The notes under the pieces: generated by a model
What the model saw: only the letters and a program-made list of their open reading frames with translations
The model's database searches: none
What the model was told of the DNA's origin: nothing
Part shown: positions 60,944-64,000 of the stretch, in pieces
Layout of the letters: each line of letters starts with the position of its first letter
Numbering within the stretch: the stretch's first letter is position 1
DNA from: Anaerohalosphaeraceae bacterium
GTDB lineage: Bacteria; Planctomycetota; Phycisphaerae; Sedimentisphaerales; Anaerohalosphaeraceae
Length of the DNA stretch: 64,000 nucleotides
Direction: 5' to 3'
NCBI GenBank assembly: GCA_963675525.2
Contig: CAXXSL010000001.1
Span: forward strand, 256,001-320,000
Made by a program: the position numbers and the translations under genes

Positions 60944-62299
60944 ATGAGAAAAGAAGCTGTCATCTTGATTGTGGATTCGGACGAATCTCTACTGGAAAAA
61001 CTGGCTTCGGCTTTTCAAAACAGAGGCGCCGTGGTTCATGTCGCCAGCTCGTTTCTGCAGTCCCAAAAAAAAATTGAGACTGATTCCCTTGAATTGGTCA
61101 TTTGCTCTACGCATCTCGAAAAAGGAAATGACGGCATTGCCGTTCTCGCGGCCGTTCGTGAAAAAAACCCATCCATTCCGGTTATATTGACCAGTGCTGT
61201 GGCTGACATTAATGCCTGCAAAGAAGCGATCAAGCTGGGGGCCTATGATTACCTCGTTAAGCCGCTGGATATGGATGAATTGATGCGTCTTGTCCAGCAC
61301 GCATTACCGGCTGTCCCTGTCGCACAGCGGTTTGAGGACTTCTTGTTCCGCGGTATTATCAGCCGAAGCTCGGTGATGCAGACGATGTACCGAAAACTGC
61401 GGCGGGTGGCGCCGACGGACCTGGCGGTTCTCATCGAGGGCGAATCCGGCACCGGCAAGGAACTGACCGCCAAAGCGATCCATGAGAATTCCAAACGCGC
61501 CGACAAGCCGTTTTACCCCATCAATTGTGCCGGCCTGACCGAAAGCCTCCTCGAAAGCGAACTGTTCGGTCATGTTAAGGGGGCTTTTACCGGCGCCATG
61601 TCCGACCGCAAGGGTCTGTTTCAGATGGCCGACAAAGGCACCCTGTTTCTGGATGAGATCGGTGATATGCCCCTGAATATGCAGGCCAAGCTGCTGCGGG
61701 TTCTGGAAGACGGCCTGGTGCTGCCGGTCGGGGCAAGTTCGGCTGTTCGTGTGGATGTCCGCGTCATCAGTGCGACCAATCATGATCTGGCAAAGCTGGT
61801 GGAGGAGAAAAAATTTCGTCAGGACCTCTATTTCCGCATCAAGGGGGTCAGTGTGACACTCCCCGCCCTGCGCAATCGGCCGCAGGATATCCCGGAACTG
61901 TTCGGTTATTTCCTGAAGGAAGCCTGTGAAGAAGTCAAATCCGATATTCATCTCATTACCGAACCGGCAATGCGGGCTTTGATGAGTTATGCCTGGCCGG
62001 GCAATATCCGTCAACTGCGAAACGTCATACGAACGATGGTGGTGATGTGTGAGGGCGACACGCTTGATCTGAAAGATCTGCCGCCGGAGATCGCACGCAT
62101 CAAACAGTTGACGGCCTCCATCCTGCCCGAAGGCGGGGTGGGTTTGGATAGCATGTTGGGAAAACCGCTGGAAGCGGTTGAAAAGGAACACATCCGCCAA
62201 ACGCTGGAAATGACCGACAACAACCGCGCCGAAGCCGCGAAAATCCTCCAAATTGGCGAACGAACCCTCTACCGCAAGATCAAAGAATATGGCTTGTAG
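60944..62299 (+). CDS. Sigma54-dependent NtrC-family activator with atypical receiver
   Basis: [38 protein letters not shown] and a Fis HTH. Confidence 0.95.
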   Translation: MRKEAVILIVDSDESLLEKLASAFQNRGAVVHVASSFLQSQKKIETDSLELVICSTHLEKGNDGIAVLAAVREKNPSIPVILTSAVADINACKEAIKLGAYDYLVKPLDMDELMRLVQHALPAVPVAQRFEDFLFRGIISRSSVMQTMYRKLRRVAPTDLAVLIEGESGTGKELTAKAIHENSKRADKPFYPINCAGLTESLLESELFGHVKGAFTGAMSDRKGLFQMADKGTLFLDEIGDMPLNMQAKLLRVLEDGLVLPVGASSAVRVDVRVISATNHDLAKLVEEKKFRQDLYFRIKGVSVTLPALRNRPQDIPELFGYFLKEACEEVKSDIHLITEPAMRALMSYAWPGNIRQLRNVIRTMVVMCEGDTLDLKDLPPEIARIKQLTASILPEGGVGLDSMLGKPLEAVEKEHIRQTLEMTDNNRAEAAKILQIGERTLYRKIKEYGL

Positions 62300-62332
62300 T
62301 ATCCATTTTACTGAAAGAGTTCTATAATCTCC

Positions 62333-62483
62333 GGGCCAGTTCCGCGGGGGGTCAATTTACTCCGGTCGGGAATGTCCGTCCGTGCTCCTGTGTTCAGCAG
62401 CAATAGAATGACTTCTTTGTTCTCCTCATGGACGGCGACATGCAGGGAGGGGGCTGACCGTAATTGGCGCTGGTGATTGGCTC
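62333..62483 (+). ncRNA. Candidate long-hairpin ncRNA
   Basis: Nested stems 62333-62341/62475-62483, 62350-62354/62455-62459 and 62372-62384/62427-62441. TATAAT at 62323-62328. Confidence 0.35.
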
Positions 62484-62696
62484 TATCACAAATGGATACA
62501 TTTGGAAAAACAGAGCATATAAACTATGTATATGACAAACTATTGCAAAAATCAAGGAAGAAACTGCTAGATTCCTGTGCTATTCTGTTGATGTTCGAAA
62601 GAACCTTAATGTTCTGTTTAGGGAATAAAATGATTCTCGGCGTACGTTATGCTGAGATATGGAGTATAAAATCAAAAAAAATTGAAAGGGTATGAT

Positions 62697-64000
62697 ATGG
62701 ACAGTCTCAAACAGTTAAATCGTATCGTACTTGTAGTTCTTATGGTTTGTACAATTGCATGTCAACAAGCGCAAGCCACGCCGGCGGCTAACTTGTTTCA
62801 GAAACCGCGTGTTATCGTCACAAGCGACGGAGAAATTGATGACCAGTGTTCCATGATCCGGTTCCTGCTTTATGCCAATGAATGGGATATCGAAGGTATT
62901 ATCACATCAAGTTCACAATATCACTGGCAGGGACACAAATGGGCCGGAGATGACTGGATTGAACCCGATCTGGATGCGTATGCGCAGGTTTATCCAAATC
63001 TTTTGAAACATGATGCAGGGTATCCGACGCCGGAATATCTGCGGGAACGGACGCTCCTGGGGAACGTGAAGGCCGAAGGAGAGATGGAGGAAGTGACGGC
63101 GGGATCACAGCTTATCGTGAAGGTGCTGCTGGACAAGACGGACGAGCAGCCGATATGGCTGCAAGCGTGGGGCGGAACGAACACGATTGCGCGGGCGTTA
63201 AAGACGATCGAAGAGGAACACCCGGAGAGGATGGCGGAGGTGGCAAAGAAGATGCGGTTTTTTTTTATCTGGGAGCAGGATTCGACCTATCAGGATTACA
63301 TCCGGCCGCACTGGGGCAAGTTTGAGATTCCGACGATCATTTCTGATCAATTTATAGCGATCTTTTACCACTGGAAAAAGTATTTACCCCCAGAGCAACA
63401 GAAATACTTAGTCGGGGCGTGGATGAAACCAAACATTTTAGAGAACCACGGTCCCCTGTGTGCGTTATATAAAGCCCATGAGAACGGGGATTTCCGGTCC
63501 GAGGGCGACTCCCCTGCATTTATACATACCATCGAGACCGGATTGCGAAATATGGAGTCTCCTGGCTGGGGCGGTTGGGGTGGCCGCTACGTGAGAATTC
63601 GCGCAAACACCTGGCTCGATCCTGTTGCGGAGCCGGGCTATCAGTATCCCGAAGGGCGATGGTATACGAGATCGGCCTGGGGACGTGAACGCCTTCGTCA
63701 GGAAAAGCCGAATGACGAGGAACTTACAGCGTATCTCAAACCCATCTGGCGATGGATGGATGCCATGCAAAACGACTTTGCGTCACGGGCCGACTGGTGT
63801 GTGAAATCGTATGAGGAGGCAAATCATCCGCCGGTGGTTGTACTGGCCCATGCGGCGGACCTGAAAGTGGGGCCGGGGGCGACGGTGGAACTGAGTGTGC
63901 GGCCGACGAGCGATCCGGACGGAGATGATCTGGCGTATCGTTGGTGGCAATACGAAGAAGCGGACACCTACAAGGAAACCATTGAGATCCGGGACGCCGA
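62697..64000 (+). CDS. DUF1593 (nucleoside hydrolase-like) exported protein, truncated by the window end
   Basis: My translation from ATG 62697 gives a signal peptide, KPRVIVTSDGEIDDQCSMIRFLLYANEWDIEG, WGGTNT, EGDSPAF, GWGGRY and DFASRADWC. It is absent from the ORF track, consistent with having no stop in the window. Confidence 0.88.
   Translation, partial: MDSLKQLNRIVLVVLMVCTIACQQAQATPAANLFQKPRVIVTSDGEIDDQCSMIRFLLYANEWDIEGIITSSSQYHWQGHKWAGDDWIEPDLDAYAQVYPNLLKHDAGYPTPEYLRERTLLGNVKAEGEMEEVTAGSQLIVKVLLDKTDEQPIWLQAWGGTNTIARALKTIEEEHPERMAEVAKKMRFFFIWEQDSTYQDYIRPHWGKFEIPTIISDQFIAIFYHWKKYLPPEQQKYLVGAWMKPNILENHGPLCALYKAHENGDFRSEGDSPAFIHTIETGLRNMESPGWGGWGGRYVRIRANTWLDPVAEPGYQYPEGRWYTRSAWGRERLRQEKPNDEELTAYLKPIWRWMDAMQNDFASRADWCVKSYEEANHPPVVVLAHAADLKVGPGATVELSVRPTSDPDGDDLAYRWWQYEEADTYKETIEIRDA

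Overview
Bacterial chromosomal window, most likely Planctomycetota (Phycisphaerae-like). This is inferred from a Minf_1886-type gene, a DUF2617-like gene, an H-X9-DG-like pilin-head protein and the style of the REP-like repeats. It carries housekeeping genes (clpC, dnaE, tmk-holB-ricT-metG, argH, thiL-tsaE, rpsO-pnp), a type IV pilus/T2SS-like cluster with an embedded kinase/receiver/HD-GYP/STAS module, and an accessory island with two ECF sigma/anti-sigma cassettes. Three observations stand out. (1) An RRE-like radical SAM/SPASM enzyme is followed by two otherwise dissimilar membrane proteins sharing an N-terminal leader, GQS-x7/9-PYxHLGY; this is the best candidate for an undescribed system. 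(2) An IS110-family (IS1111-type) element has ends, CT core, empty target copies and bridge/seek-RNA guide segments that can all be read from the sequence. (3) RNase HI is fused to PurN. Two long-hairpin ncRNA candidates and several single-base frameshifts (clpC, a split secreted protein) are also noted. No rRNA, tRNA or CRISPR array was recognised. All family assignments are by-eye motif recognition, not database searches.
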